From Amoebophrya sp. A120 (Eukaryota; Protista; Dinoflagellata), in the NCBI GenBank assembly GCA_905178155.1, contig CAJINV010000003.1:6229985-6293984 (forward strand): DNA of 64,000 bases. Direction: 5' to 3'. Of the stretch, positions 39,501 through 52,192 are shown one piece after another (position 1 is the stretch's first letter; each line of letters begins with the position of its first letter). A program made the translations under genes and the position numbers. The notes under the pieces were generated by a model. That model searched no databases, had not been told where the DNA came from, and saw nothing but the letters and a program-made list of their open reading frames with translations.

Positions 39501-40845
39501 GCATGCTACGCTAGAAGCTATTTGGTAAGTGCGATGCTACTACGAGAAGGCACAATGTTGCACGATAAATCCGAACTAAATGTTTACACGAATACCGATG
39601 GCATGGTTGCATTTTTGCACTCAAACAGCACTCGGGTGTACGTCAATACCGATGACACCGCTCTTGCTGTTGGGCATCACGATCCCGCAGTCCCGGTTTT
39701 CTTCCTCGTCGTCTCCCATGCTATGGTCACTTTCTGAACTAGACTGATCGCCTTGCTGATTTGGAACGAAATCTTCGAGAGGGGTTGAGTCGTGTCCTTC
39801 TTGGCGGCCGCTACGAAAGCAGAGAGGCCCCGCTTTTCTACCGAGACCGGAAGCGGATGCGTCAGAAGTAGTATTTGTATTTCCGCCATTAGTACTGCGA
39901 AAGCAAAAAGGCACTTTGTATTCTGGCCAAAAACGTTCCCACCCTATAGCTGTCATGCTAAACAGAAGTGCAGCACACTTTGCCTCCCCCCGTGCCAACG
40001 GCCGCAGATAGCTGTCACGCAGGGCAGGTAGCTGTCATGCAGATTTGCATCCATGGGAACATTCGTAAAAATGGGCACCTCCAGCATGAGAGGTATCTCT
40101 AGTCGTGTTTTGGCATTTGTAGTGCTTAAACCGAACGAAACCTCCACAAACCAACGCGCCTTGCAGGTTCCCCTTCCGTGTAGCATTTGTATGTAATGCT
40201 GTCAGTGCGTGACTCCCATCAAAACTTCTGGATTTGTGTTGCAAAGTTTCGATCTTGACTCTGGGGTGGGCACGTTTTTAGTACACGGGATACTTTCCCC
40301 GGCAGCTTCATGTTGGAGAGCGCCTTCGGCATCAAACTCGACATGCCGGCGCCACGAAACTTCCTGCTGCCTTTCGGCGTCTCGTCTTGCCCGGGGGAAG
40401 ACGACTGCGAGGATGAGCGATTCAAGTGCCCTATCACAGCACTTCCAGAGGACGAGGCGGCGGAAGTACTTGTTGCCGGGACGATTGGAAAAGGCTGAGA
40501 ACCAATGTCACTGGCTACAACGCCTGCACCTGCTGCGCTGCCGACCCCGCTGGTTTTCTTGGCATTTTTTTTGCGCAGCAACGGCATTTGGTGCCCCCAT
40601 TTTCTCTGAAGGGTTTCTGTGCTGTCCTTCTCCGAGTCCGTGTCTTCGTCGGCAACCGGTGCCTTTCCAAGGGGAGTGGGTTCCTGGTCCAGGTCACCTA
40701 CAGTCTCCCTATCGTTTCGGGACAAAGCTAATTCTGCCAGCTCCGCCTTCTCAGACTCTTCTTCCGCAACCAAAAGAGCCATCAGACGTTCGCGAAATTC
40801 CATTCCGGAAGCACACAGCTTCCCCTGGTTCACGCTGGGGCCCAA
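36584..40845 (-). CDS. Large hypothetical protein, multi-exon
   Basis: ORFs 40219-40845, 39621-39998, 39064-39300, 38386-39024 and 36584-38443 join via TIR elements 39919-40292 (LPGK-VPFC) and 38977-39241 (SLAN-ESAL) plus GT-AG introns. Confidence 0.65.
38977..39241. mobile_element. TAT-ended TIR introner, TATCAAATG family, TSD TCATT
   Basis: Perfect 36-bp TIR TATCAAATGTAAAAATGTCTGGGTCTGGAAGAATGC with TCATT on both sides. Inverted homologue of 3057-3318. Confidence 0.95.
39919..40292. mobile_element. TAT-ended TIR introner, TATCCTG family, TSD CTTTG/CTTTC
   Basis: TATTCTGGCCAAAAACGTTCCCACCC ... GGGGTGGGCACGTTTTTAGTACACGGGATA. Frame restored; TSD mismatch synonymous (GGG/GGC). Confidence 0.88.
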
Positions 40846-41134
40846 GATCTTGTTACCCGACTATGAAAGGAGAAAACCCGACGCCCAGCTACCCTTCATT
40901 TCAAAGCAATCGCAAGCAGCACAGACAAACTTCCTTCACCAAGTAGCTCCACACGCATGACGATATAGTGCCGCGATTGTACGTAATCCTCTCTCGCAGG
41001 TAATGACATAAATCACAACTTCTAACCGAATACAAATTAATAAAGAACGAGGAATTGGATCAGGATTTTTAGAGATTTTGCATGGTAAATGCGGGTAAGA
41101 GGGAATAGGTACAGCTGTCCTTTATCATACATAC

Positions 41135-44100
41135 CGATCGTAGAACATGACAGCTGGCAGAAAGAAAGTGGGTCCGAGCACCATCTTCGCGAGCGCGGAG
41201 CTACGATCCACATCTACCTCCGCAAAAACCACTCGCCGACGACGATAAGCGAGGCTCGCGGCATAATAGAATTCGTGAAACATGGCATCAACATGAAACG
41301 TGCTGCCACCCCAAAAGTTTCAAATGTTTGCGTTGCAACGTTTCCAAATAAAGAGGACTATTTGTGTTGCTAATCCGCCCGCAACCTCGGACGCAACCTA
41401 TTGGAAACCTTTCCGCAGATGGTCAGGCCGCCAGGCCGCAACACTATTTTCCTTGCATGCTTGGGCGACGTCTGTCCCTGCTTTAGATTCTAAGTGCGCA
41501 CAGCGGCTCGCTCTTCACAACTTTCGCCTGTACTGGGCCTTTATTTTGTGTTGACACAAATCTTTGCTCTCCTGGTGTGCAAAGTTGTGACGCTGGTACA
41601 TGCAAGGTGGGAAATGTTTTCAGTTTCACTGGGAAGTCTTGCAACACAAACACTTCCATACCTTGGGCTCGCGCTCGCTTTTCAATTTGATACATGGCGC
41701 ACGCCTGACACAAAGTGTTGCAAAACAGCACCGCCTTGATTATTGGCGGTCCCGCTTCCGAAGTCATACTTCCATTGAAAGGAGTCGTTGGTGGAGCCAG
41801 CGCACAGAGTGGCTCCTTCGGTGGTGGAGCCGGATTGTCGTCGTAATGGATATTGTCAACATCTCCAGTGTGGCGGTTCTTGTAACCCGAATTGCTGTTC
41901 GCCGCGCATTGCCCTCGGGTAGATGAGCACGCAGCGCTGCTGGAAAGAGCGCCGAGGAAATTTCGGAGGTCTGTCTTGCTACTAATGGCGCAATTTGCAT
42001 CCTGTGATCGGTCCAGCGCAGCGTCGGAATCTTGGACCTGGTCGCCGCGCTTGTCGAGCACAACGCCGGGGAGCTGGTGCGCGTCAAACCCGCCATGTGC
42101 AGTCGTCGGGGATTCCTCTACGTGGTCTATCGGAAGAGCAACTTGTGGGGAGCTAGCGTTCAAAGCGTGGCGCGGTGAAGACGTATTTCCCTCCGGCTGC
42201 GGCCCCTGGGTGGGCACACTCGACGAGGACGGGGACCTCAAAGCTGACATGGATCCTCCTTTCGCGGCGGCAGCGGCGTCACCATAACACCGTCGGCCAA
42301 AAATGATGAGGCCCTCTAACTGACGAAGCGAACTGATTTCAATAATGCCGCCTTCATCGTTCAATTTTATTTCTGGCACGCCCTTAATTTTTTTTTTCGA
42401 AGGGGAAGATGTAGTAGCGTCCGGATCGTATCTCTTCACAACGCAGAACCCTCTCGCTGCTTTCTTTGCGCCCGGCATGAAGTTTTGCTCTGCAAAGAAG
42501 TCCAAACTCTCCTCCATCTCCGTCACCTTAGTCGCGAACTCCGCTTCACGGTGATCGCTCCTGATTTGGTTTATTTCTAGCTGTAATTGCGCGTCGATAG
42601 CGGCGGCGTGGTCCCGCAAGTTTTTTTCGGTTTTGTTGACCGTGTAGGGGAAGTAGACCACACTGCTCAGATTCTCCTCTTTTCGCTGCGGGCGAGCCTG
42701 GCATGCGGCTGGATGCCAGCAGCAAAAAACCGGGCTGCCGTCTCTTAGTTTCCCCGCAAACACGAGTGCGCGTCCTCGTTCTTCGGAGGGCCGCGAGATG
42801 CTAAAAATGGCACGGCGGGTTGCTTTGCAGTTCAGCACCTCGCCCAGTATATCGGACAAATGCAACCTTGGTGATGCTGCAAGTGGGTCTTCTCTTGCAG
42901 CCTCCTCTGCAGCGACCGCGCTAGCACTTCCACTTGATGATGCTGCTGCACTAGCCGCAGTGCGGCGCCCAGCTGCTTCCTCGTCAAGCGCACGCATCTC
43001 GCGGGGGTCCATCTGCAGCTTGACCTTCTTTTGTTCGTCAGCGCTTCCTGTCCGTTCTTGCGCTTCTGCCCGCGTCGAGGCAACCAGTTTCTTCGCCACG
43101 CGGTTGCAGTACAAAATCTTCCCAAACTCATCCGGAAGACGAACAGACGAAGTGATCCTTCTCTGATCCTTTTCTCCTCCCAGTCCTTCCGCTCCCGTAG
43201 TACTGTGGGAGGACAATCCAGTGTGCCCCGTCCGCGTGCCGTTGTTCGTGGCACCTGCTGCGTCACCCAGATCATTGTGGTCGAGTTCGACATCGTGATC
43301 GTAGAGCTGCCCCTCCAGCTCGTTTTCCTGTCGCAGGTCGACCAGAAAGCACGCATTGCACAACATGTCGAGATCTTCGTCGCGGGCCGTGCCGCGTCCG
43401 AGCGACGCAGCAACGATATCCGCGAAATTACACAACAACAACGCCGCTTCGTAGGTGATGTCGACGCGCGGGACGTAGTCGATCACGCAGAGTGCCCCGA
43501 GTCGGACCCCCTCCACGATGATAGGGCAGCCGCAGTAGAAGCGGATCTCCGGATCTGAAAGCACTAGCGGGTTATATTTGAAACGTTCATCCAGTCGCGC
43601 GTCGGGGACATACAGAATTTCAGGGACGTCGCTGAGCAGCGTGTGTGCGCAGAAAGACTTCTGCCGCGTTGTGCCGATTAAAGGAAGCCCGATGCTCGAC
43701 TTGAACCACTGGTGCTTGCGGTCGACGATGGAAGTCAAAACGATGGGCACCCGAAACAATCCCTTGACCACTCTTGTAACTTCGTCAATCTCCAAGTCCG
43801 GCACGTCATCAAGGAGGAGACTGTAGAGGTACCGCATCCGTCCCTGCTCATTGCCCGGCAGCCCTACGCCATAGATTCGAGTACCGGCAGCATCGAAGCA
43901 GGATTGTTGCTCCTCCTCATCGTTTGCGTCCTCTAGCGCGTGTTCCTCAGTCTTTGTCGTGTTTTGCGTCGTATGCGGAGGTGCCAGAAAGCGGGTTCCT
44001 GTATTAAAGATCGATCAGATATTGCGTGTAACTCATCTTAATAGGAAACCAATTTTTCGCAGAATGCGGCTCACCGATAAAGCGCGCGCGCCTACCGGGT

Positions 44101-44395
44101 CGGGCTTTTTTTCATCTATAAATATTTCGCTAAATTTCTCCTTATCTGTACTGGAAGTGGTCTCCCCATCTCGCTTGTCACTGCCAACGTTCACCGCACT
44201 TGCTGTCCCTGAGCGCTTCGCGGACTCAGGCCCGGCCCCCGACCCCGAGGAGCCTGGTGCACTAGTAGTGCCGACCGAAGCCGAAGGGCTTTCCAAAGGT
44301 GTGTCCGCTTCTGAGGGCTGCGATGTCACCAAGAACTTCTTCTGCGTCTTCAGCCCCGCCAGCTGCACAACTTGCTGTGCCAGCAGAAAAAGCAA
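41135..44395 (-). CDS. GAF domain plus C-terminal thioredoxin-like (CQAC) protein; both ends uncertain
   Basis: GAF: PGNEQGRMRYL...QWFKSSIGL...SFCAHTLL...VPDARLDERFKYNPLV...IRFYCGCPI...LGALCVID. After excising 41286-41692: AVLFCNTLCQACAM-FHEFYYAASLAYRRRVVFAEVDVDRSSALAK...LPAVMFYD. Confidence 0.8.
41286..41692. mobile_element. Degenerate TIR introner in the thioredoxin-like domain, TSD CATGG
   Basis: Left CATCAACATGAAACG...TGTTTGCGTTGCAA vs right-arm reverse complement TATCAAATTGAAAAG...TGTTTGTGTTGCAA, with CATGG on both sides. Frame restored. Confidence 0.85.
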
Positions 44396-45004
44396 CGCTA
44401 GACCTGTAAAGTTACAGCATTAGCATAAAAGTAAAACGCATGCACATCTTACATGGTCTGGCAAGGTTAACACTAAAAAATAAAAATGCATATGGCGCAA
44501 TCCTGTCATGATTTGGTTCGTGTTTTGGAAATTTTTGGAAGCAATGCGAGGGAAAGCATTTGAGGGATCAGGAGATAACAAGTGAAAATCTAAAGCGGAA
44601 AGAAGACCTGTAGTCGCGTTCGAAACTGAAGCAGCTGGAGGCCTACTTCTGCTCCTCCGTCGCTGCGGACATGAGTTGAGCACCCCACGGAGCACGTCAA
44701 CTCTTTTTGTGCAGCTCCATCCTCTCCAGCTTTCCGTACTTTTTCGCCTCTCTGCCATTTTGTTTGATTTTTTCTTACCTGTAGTGCACCGCGGGAGAGG
44801 ATGTCCTAAATGGAGGAGACAGCCGAAGCCTGTTCTAGGCGATGTCGTCGAAAGGTCGGTCGTGAACGCCAGCCTAGCTTTTGCCAGTACAAAGCTGGGA
44901 GCAAGATGCTGTTGCCTCTAGTCTTGTGCGCACTAGAGGTGATGGATGCCGCCCTCACCGCGAATTTATGAGTGGGCGCAACGGTGTAAGTAGGTAGTTT
45001 CAAA

Positions 45005-45825
45005 TATGAGATTGATATAAATATTCATTTCAAAAATATTCATAGTGCAAAAAAAAAAAATTTTTGACCGAAAATTGCACTGCATTAGCTGATGTACCTT
45101 TTGCATGATCAAATTGGTGCATTTTGTGTATGTATTTCAATTAGAATAGCCAGGAACGTACTTAGATTGAGCTACTTTATCTCTATGCTAAAGTATTGGG
45201 CTTCTGTATCTTCTTCCAGCTAGTTAATTAAGAAATACTATCAAAGAACCTTGAAAAAAGATCATCGACTGAGAGAGAGATCGAAGAACTGTCGAAGATC
45301 CTTTAGATATAGTAGCAGCTGCAGCAGCTGCTGTCCTCCGGTAGCCGGCCTTCCGCAAACGACCGTCGAGCCTGGAGAGCTCCTACTCCGTCGCGATGTA
45401 GGCGTGCGGATTCGCCCGAATCCGCACGCCTACATCGCGACGGAGTAGGAGCTCTCCAGGCTCGACGGTCGTTTCCGGTAGATCGGCAGTGGAGCGGCAG
45501 CAGCAGCTGCAGCTACTTACTATTACAAAAGGATCTTCGAATGTCTTCGTTCACTCACTCAGTCGATGATCTTTTTGGCATGTATTTCTTTAGTATTTTT
45601 TAAGTAGCTAGCTGGAAGAAGATACCAAAGCCCAATACTATAGCATAGGTCTTAAGTAGTATAATCTTAGTACGTTCCTGGCTATCTAGTTTGAATTACA
45701 TGTATAGAATGCACCAACTTGTTCATGCAGAAACCACCTCGCCTCCTATAGGGCAATTTTCGGTCAAAAATTTTTTTTTTTTGCACTATGAATATTTTTG
45801 AAATGAATATTTTATCAATCTCATA
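45005..45825. mobile_element. 821-bp foldback (whole-length palindrome) with TAT...ATA ends, TSD TCAAA
   Basis: TATGAGATTGAT...ATCAATCTCATA with TCAAA on both sides. Arms pair end to end; perfect 58-bp central stem 45357-45414/45417-45474 with a CC loop. Confidence 0.93.
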
Positions 45826-46623
45826 TCAAACTGGGTCTCGGTCTCTTTCTCCTGTACCGCCCGGTCCTGAGGTTCTATGACGTGGCTAACTCCGCGAGTA
45901 GTGTAGTTGTGGAAGTCGCAATTTTGAATTTTTTTCGAGTAGGTTGGGGCTGCATCGACGGAACGTGACGCTCCGTTAACTGTATCAGGTACCGGAGAAA
46001 AAGAACAGGACGCTATCGGCAAAGATAAATATGGCAAGAAATCGCGATCAGCAATGGCCACGCGGTTGTAGTAGATGCCGTATCAGACATCAAAGCCCAT
46101 CAGAGAAACTGTTGCTGTTGGACGCGGCTAGGCTTACATGAACAAACGCCGTTCTAGTTTGGTTATTTCTCAGATACTCAAAAAAGAAAATCCAACGAAC
46201 TCTGAACGCTAGCTGTAGCTTGAAAAGCCTTTAAAAAAAAACACCAGTGTCCACTGGAAAGTCGACCTTTTGGCAGAACTTCATTCGGAAGATCAAAGGT
46301 AATTGATCCCGGGCATACATGATCATTTCAGTTTCACGCCCAAGATAGCAATTACCTATCGGTGGAATTGCGTTGTGATCTGGTGCAGACCTCCTACCAA
46401 TAACACCAAAATTCTCATATCCATCTTCGTCTTGGTTTTCCAGCTCCAGTTCTAGAGTGGATTATAGCTTGTTATATATAATACGGCGCAGAAAATGAAA
46501 AATAACTTTTCTTCATTGTGGAAGTTTATATTTGTATTTCATGCTACTTCACCTGGTGTTCCTTATCTTCATTTCCTTTCGCTTTCAACGCAAGTAGTAT
46601 TCTTTCTGAATTGGAAACCTCTT

Positions 46624-49600
46624 CTAGAAGCCAGTCTTGCTGTTCTCGAGCTCTAGTGTGCGGTGATTCATTTTAGAAGTCAATAGGAAAATTCGCATGG
46701 CGTCTTCCATCTGGTCGGAGATTTTCTTTTGCTTTGCTTCGAGCTCGATTCTTTTCGCGGCCTCGGCGCCCCGTACACCGTCATCGAACAGCAGTTCCGC
46801 AAACTGCCCCATTCGCGTCGGCGGGCTTAACGCGACATCATCATATCCCGGTAACAAGTTCACCGAAGGAGATGCGGGAGAGCAGCCTTGTTCCTGCATG
46901 TCATTCTTGATGTAGTCCTGCTCTGACCTTGCTGTCTCAACACAACTACCCGTCCTCCCGTGTTCGACCTGCGAATTTGTCTGTCCAGCCACTGCCCCGC
47001 GAGAGCTAGGATCTTCGACGCCATCTTGTTCGTGTCTGTCCACCTCTCCATGTGAAAGTAGTTCCAGTTCTACCTCTAGTACGTGTTGATCTTGATGATC
47101 ATGTGCATGTTCAAAAACACCAACGCCAACGGACTGCTCTTGCAGGTTCCCACCAGCATGAAGATCTTCTTCAAACGTGCTCTCTACTTGGTCGATCGAA
47201 GACAGTGGCCCCTGCACGGACACAGCCACCGAGCAAGTGTCTGTTTCCGTCCGCACGGACTTCTCATCAAAGGTCTTTGGCAAACGCAGGCGAAGCAGCT
47301 CCTCGTACTTCAGCGGCAAAAACGCCTTTCCATTGAGATCGTAGGACAATTTCGTCTGCTTGTGGCTTTGCGCATGGATGTCGGTCGACCGCTCATGACT
47401 GCCGTATCAAAAGGAGAAATCCCGGCCCCTTCTTGCAAGACAGACCCGATCTGTGGCCACAAATCTGCATCACAAATTTTCAGAAGGATGCGTTTTCAAT
47501 ATGGGGAGGGGGGATTTTTCCTTTGAATATGGCGGTCTCGTTGATTCGGGGCTGAATGCCAATCTCGCGGAGCGCCTCTCGCAGAGAGGCGGTGCTGGTG
47601 GACGAGGTGCTGCTAAACAAAACACCAGGCACTTCCTTTTCCTGCTTGTGCGGACCGGCCAACGGTGAACCGCGAACAAGAACCGATGCAATGTTCTTCG
47701 AAACCGATAATTCTGCCGAGCTGTTGTACTGTGCGAAGCCGCTTTTTTCCGGTGGTGTTGTAACTGCCGCAATGCCAGGACTCCCACCACGTCTCTGCTG
47801 GCTGCGTAGATTGATCTCCCTGCGTAAGGAATCGCGGCCGGTGGCGTTCACGATCTTTTGCAAGTTGTGGTTCAAGTGGTGCACTTGATTCTCCTTTTGC
47901 ATCAAGCGCCCACGTAGGTACTCGATTTCTTCGTCGTACGCCGGGTCCGGCATTTGCTCCTGCAAAATCCGGTTCTCTGCCTGCAAACGCTCCAGGCGCA
48001 ATCGCTCCGCTCCACGCTGCAACAGCCCTATACGCTTTCGGTGCTCGATTCCATAACTCAAGTCTGCCGCGGCCTCTGGGAGGGCAGCGTATCAATGCTA
48101 AAATGTCTGGGTCTGAAAGATTCTGAGACATGTGAAGCTAATCTGGCATGACTCTGAACTCTGTATTGTGTGGCCGCCGAGAGCTCCTCCTCCCTGTCAT
48201 GTTGGAAGGCTAAGGGCAGGGCGTCCCATTCGTTTATAAACTTAAAACGGTAGCCACCTACCCAGCAAACTCTGAGTGGAATAAGCACGGGCAAAGCGAT
48301 CTCTACCGAGAGACAGCCACAAGAGCTCCTGGGACGGCTGCGGGATGAGCTTTGTAGCCATCTGAGTAGGGATAACTTTGCCGGCAGACCCACCAGCGCT
48401 GAGGGATAAAAGAAAAGTAAAAAAGCGGTAAAGTCATCTACTATGGCACAGTCCGAAGTACGAAAAAACCCATCTTAAAAAAGTGAGGCAAGATGTAATG
48501 TAGTTGCTTTCATGGCGAGCAGCCGCAAACAAGGCGAACTGTCATGCAAAAACGCACATTCTCATGCGGAATACGCAACTCAGAACCATGAAAAAAACTT
48601 GTCATGCTTGGCGGCGCATTACAGTGAGCTCACTATTCCCTTCCTTGCATCACAAGTTTCCAGAGGACCCAGACATATTTGCAATTGATACAGCGAGCTT
48701 GGGAACAAGTGTGGCTCGGTTTCGCCGTCGAGTAGCGGTCTGCGGGCGTTTTGAAGTTCTCCTTTGTACCTCCACGTGGCCACCACTTTCGTGCGGAACT
48801 ACATTTTCACGAGTCGACGACTTGACGCCAACAGACGCTGTGAGAGCTGCGCCTGCGCGTTGATGTTCGTGTTCCCGCTCCCGAGGAAATAACAGCTGCT
48901 GGCCCTCGGTCTCTACCGCTTCCCGGGCAAGTTCCCGGGCCTCGTCGTACATGGTTTCCAGCTGATTTCTCGTCGCGGGAGCGGTACCTGGCCGGGGAAT
49001 ATTAAAAGCCTTGGTTTTAAAATTTCGCACACGACCCGTCTCGTCCCTTGGCAACCAGCGCTGCCCAGGCGACAAGGACGGGGATGAGGAGTACCGCGCT
49101 GTTGGAGGCGAAACGCCACGCTTCTCGAAGGTGTACTGCATCTTCAGAACCGATTTTCGAAGGTTCGCTGCCGTCTTGCCGGCATTCAACAGCTCCCGTT
49201 TCTGCCGGTAAATCCGCAGCCGCTCTGCGCGCAACTGGGCCTTTCGGTCGTCGCACACACCCTTCAAAATAGCACACTGCAGGGCTCCGTCCTTCGAGGC
49301 TTCCGCAATCTGCAGCGCGCCAGGTAAAAGCTCCCGCGAGGCTGCCGCGGTTGGGTCAGACTTCCCCGCTCCAGCTGCGCGACCTTTGTATCGGGTGATC
49401 ACGTCCTCCTCGAAGAACGGATCGTAGCGCAACTCGTCCACATCACGCTCCCACTGAATCCACTCCTGGCAGTTTCTCGCCGGCATGAGGTTCGCATCAG
49501 AACGCTGCTCCCGCTCGGCGACCTTCGCGCTGACACGGCGAAGCAAGTCGTCGACCGCAGCGGTGGGCTTAGACTGGTAGCCGTACTTGCCGAAGCCGCG

Positions 49601-50463
49601 TCCCATGGTTGTTGCATTGGGCCGACGACGCGGCTCGCGGGGCGTCTCCGCAAAGTCGTCAATCATTTGCGTTTGTGCCGCTTTCATCTTCCGCTCTGCT
49701 TTACGCAAGTCGCGCAACTGCGCAGCGGACTGGTCGGTGTCCAAAATCCTGCCAGAATCTCGATCGTAGTACGGCCCGTCCTTAGTTGGCGATACAAGAG
49801 CTTCGATGTCATGGTTGCTCGGAATCTCCGCCTCGTAGTAGTTGTTACCACTTTCATCTACCACTTCCTCCTCGCGCTCGGAAAAACTGAGCGACACGCC
49901 GTCGCGGATGTGGAGCCGTATCCGCGGCCGCACCTCGGCTATGTCCTCAACCTGCACCGCCTTATCCACACTACTAACGGAGAGCTCCTGCTTCAGAAGT
50001 GCCGGGGAGGAGCTCCTGCTGCGTCCGGCAGGCTTTTTCGAGGAAGGCGGGGTCCGCGGAGCACTGCCGCCGAGCTTGCTCGGACTGCTTTTTCTTCGTT
50101 TCGCAGCTGCGTTCGCTTTTGGGCCGGCGGAGAACTTGGCCGTATCCTGCTCTTGCCCCTCGCTAGCAGGAGCTGCCCCTCCACTCCGAGCGGAAATATC
50201 ACCGCCGCCGGTGCGTGCAGGTGCGGCTGGTGAGTTGCTCTTGCTACCCCGCGGCGCCACCTGCTTCGCCAAGGCTTGGAACTTTTTCGTCGCAGTAGTG
50301 GCGGTGGCCTTGCGCAAAAATTCTTCCTCAATTGCTGCATTTTCATCGGCACTTCCTCAATTGCTGCAAGGCTCTCGCTGGCAAGCTCCCGAGCAACAGG
50401 CTCGGCGTTCTTGTTGCGTGCGACAGCTGCTCGTAGCCGCTTGGCGACCGCCGCAGCTTGCAT
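46624..50463 (-). CDS. Hypothetical low-complexity/coiled-coil protein; 5' end uncertain
   Basis: ORFs 48650-50317, 47480-48061 and 46624-47349 join exactly on excision of 48090-48690 (PKLA-ALPEAAADLSYG) and 47405-47529 (INETA-SHERSTD...KLSYDLNGK). Confidence 0.7.
47405..47529. mobile_element. Short TAT-ended TIR introner, GGAAAAATCC family, TSD TGCCG/TGGCG
   Basis: TATCAAAAGGAGAAATCCC ... GGGATTTTTCCTTTGAATA. Internally deleted relative of 5178-5507; frame restored. Confidence 0.9.
48090..48690. mobile_element. Long (601 bp) TAT-ended TIR introner, TATCAAATG-related, TSD CAGCG
   Basis: TATCAATGCTAAAATGTCTGGGTCTG ... CAGAGGACCCAGACATATTTGCAATTGATA with CAGCG on both sides. Frame restored. 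Confidence 0.92.
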
Positions 50464-51020
50464 TTCGGGTCGTGCTCGTCTGCCGTGTCAAATCTTCGCG
50501 GCTGGAGTAGTGACGGAGTGGTCCAAGGGCGATTCAGAAGTGGCAACATTTTGCAGGACCAGAACTGGAGACCAGCAGATATCGGTGGATGCAAGCAGTG
50601 AGAGCATGCGCTAGAACTTTTACAACACGCGAGCATACGGTATTTTTTTCTTCTACATTTTTTCACAGAACCATTCCAGTCACTTTCCGCGACTTTTTCT
50701 CTCGTGACCGTCGCCTCCCTGGTGCTTAGTACCAAACCAAACTTAATGCGCTCCCACGGTCGCTCCAGAACCAGATATCGAATCGCAACCCACTCGAGGC
50801 AACGAAGTCGTGATCAGGCAACTTCCAGTTGTTCGCCTCGTGTCTATCCTACGAGGACGAGCAAACTACAACTCTTAATTGCTATTTCATCTTCGTGCAA
50901 AGTTATTTAGAACTCTACGACAAATTCTCTTGCAAAACTGCAAGTATCCCCGTCTCTTAAGCGCCACGCAGGTTCAAACAATCACAACCGGAAAAGAAAA
51001 CAAAAAGCTATTTCATCGAG

Positions 51021-51733
51021 TCACGCGGTACTAGCAGCCGCACCGTCTTCTGCTGCTTCCTCCTCGGGAGGCGGATAGGGTTCCACTTCCGGTGGGAGCT
51101 TCAACACTTCCAAATGCTCTTCTCCGACACCAATATCGCGAAAGTTTGGCAATGGCGCTACTGGGTCATTTGGAGGTGGGGCTGGACCGGACTCGGGCGG
51201 GCCACTCGGCGCAGGTAACGTTGCGTTGCTGAAGGACAAATTGAATTTCACGGTGGGTCGTGTCACAGTTGCAGCAGCAGCAGCAACGCCAATCGAAGTC
51301 TAAACAGAAGACGAAGAGACTGAGAAAATATCTTGCAAACAAAAAACCAGAGCGATGCACGCGATGAAAGGAACGCACTTACCCCCGGCCGAAGCGAATG
51401 TCGTCGGACGGGAGACCCTCGGGGATAAATGGCAATGTTTCGTTTGCTGGTGGGGGTACTGGATCCGGTTCTGCCCGGTGTAGCTGCAACCCGTGAAAGG
51501 TTGGAGCGGACAATGCGCAGACCCAGGAGTACGTAATGCACCTGCGCATCTTTGTCGCCCGAAGTTTTTTTTGTCGCCCTGGCTGCTCCTACCGGGAGCG
51601 CGCAAGGAAAAGGATCGCAGCCTACATACTTTTCCACTGAACAGTCCAAGCGCCAGTGCCGGACTGCTAGTACAGTAGGCGCAATGAAAACAAGGAAGAT
51701 ACTACTGTAAGCATTCCAGATCCTCCACGACAA
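51021..51733 (-). CDS. Hypothetical, possibly secreted, Pro-rich C-terminus
   Basis: ORF 51263-51733 with hydrophobic N-terminus and a GTAAG donor near 51382; Pro/Glu-rich ORF 51021-51266. Confidence 0.35.
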
Positions 51734-52192
51734 CTATGGGTGGATCCACCAAATTCATTTTTATCAGTGGTGATCTTACGCACTACGATTGAGTCCGATG
51801 TACCCTCACAGTCACACTTGGTCTTGGATCTTCTTGAATGCATCACACTTTTCGCTGTGTCTGTGATGATCAAAGACACAAATGTAAGTTGCTGCTGGAG
51901 CAGAGACACGGCGTTGTGGGTTTACTGAAACTGCACGGATACGGAACGTGCCTGATTAGAAATTACTCATGGAAAGTGCCATCATCTCTTACTTATCATT
52001 TTTACTCGGTTGCAAAATGAAAGAAATCTTCAAGTTCAGCAAGTCGTCGGAGCCACCGTGCCGTCTATGGCTGTCATCCTTGCACATAAATTCGCGATCG
52101 GTGGAATGATCGAAACCTTCGCAGTGACATCTTTCAAAAGTTCGACTTCAAACTGAAACCCGGGCAGAGACTACGAAATAAAAATCCAAACT

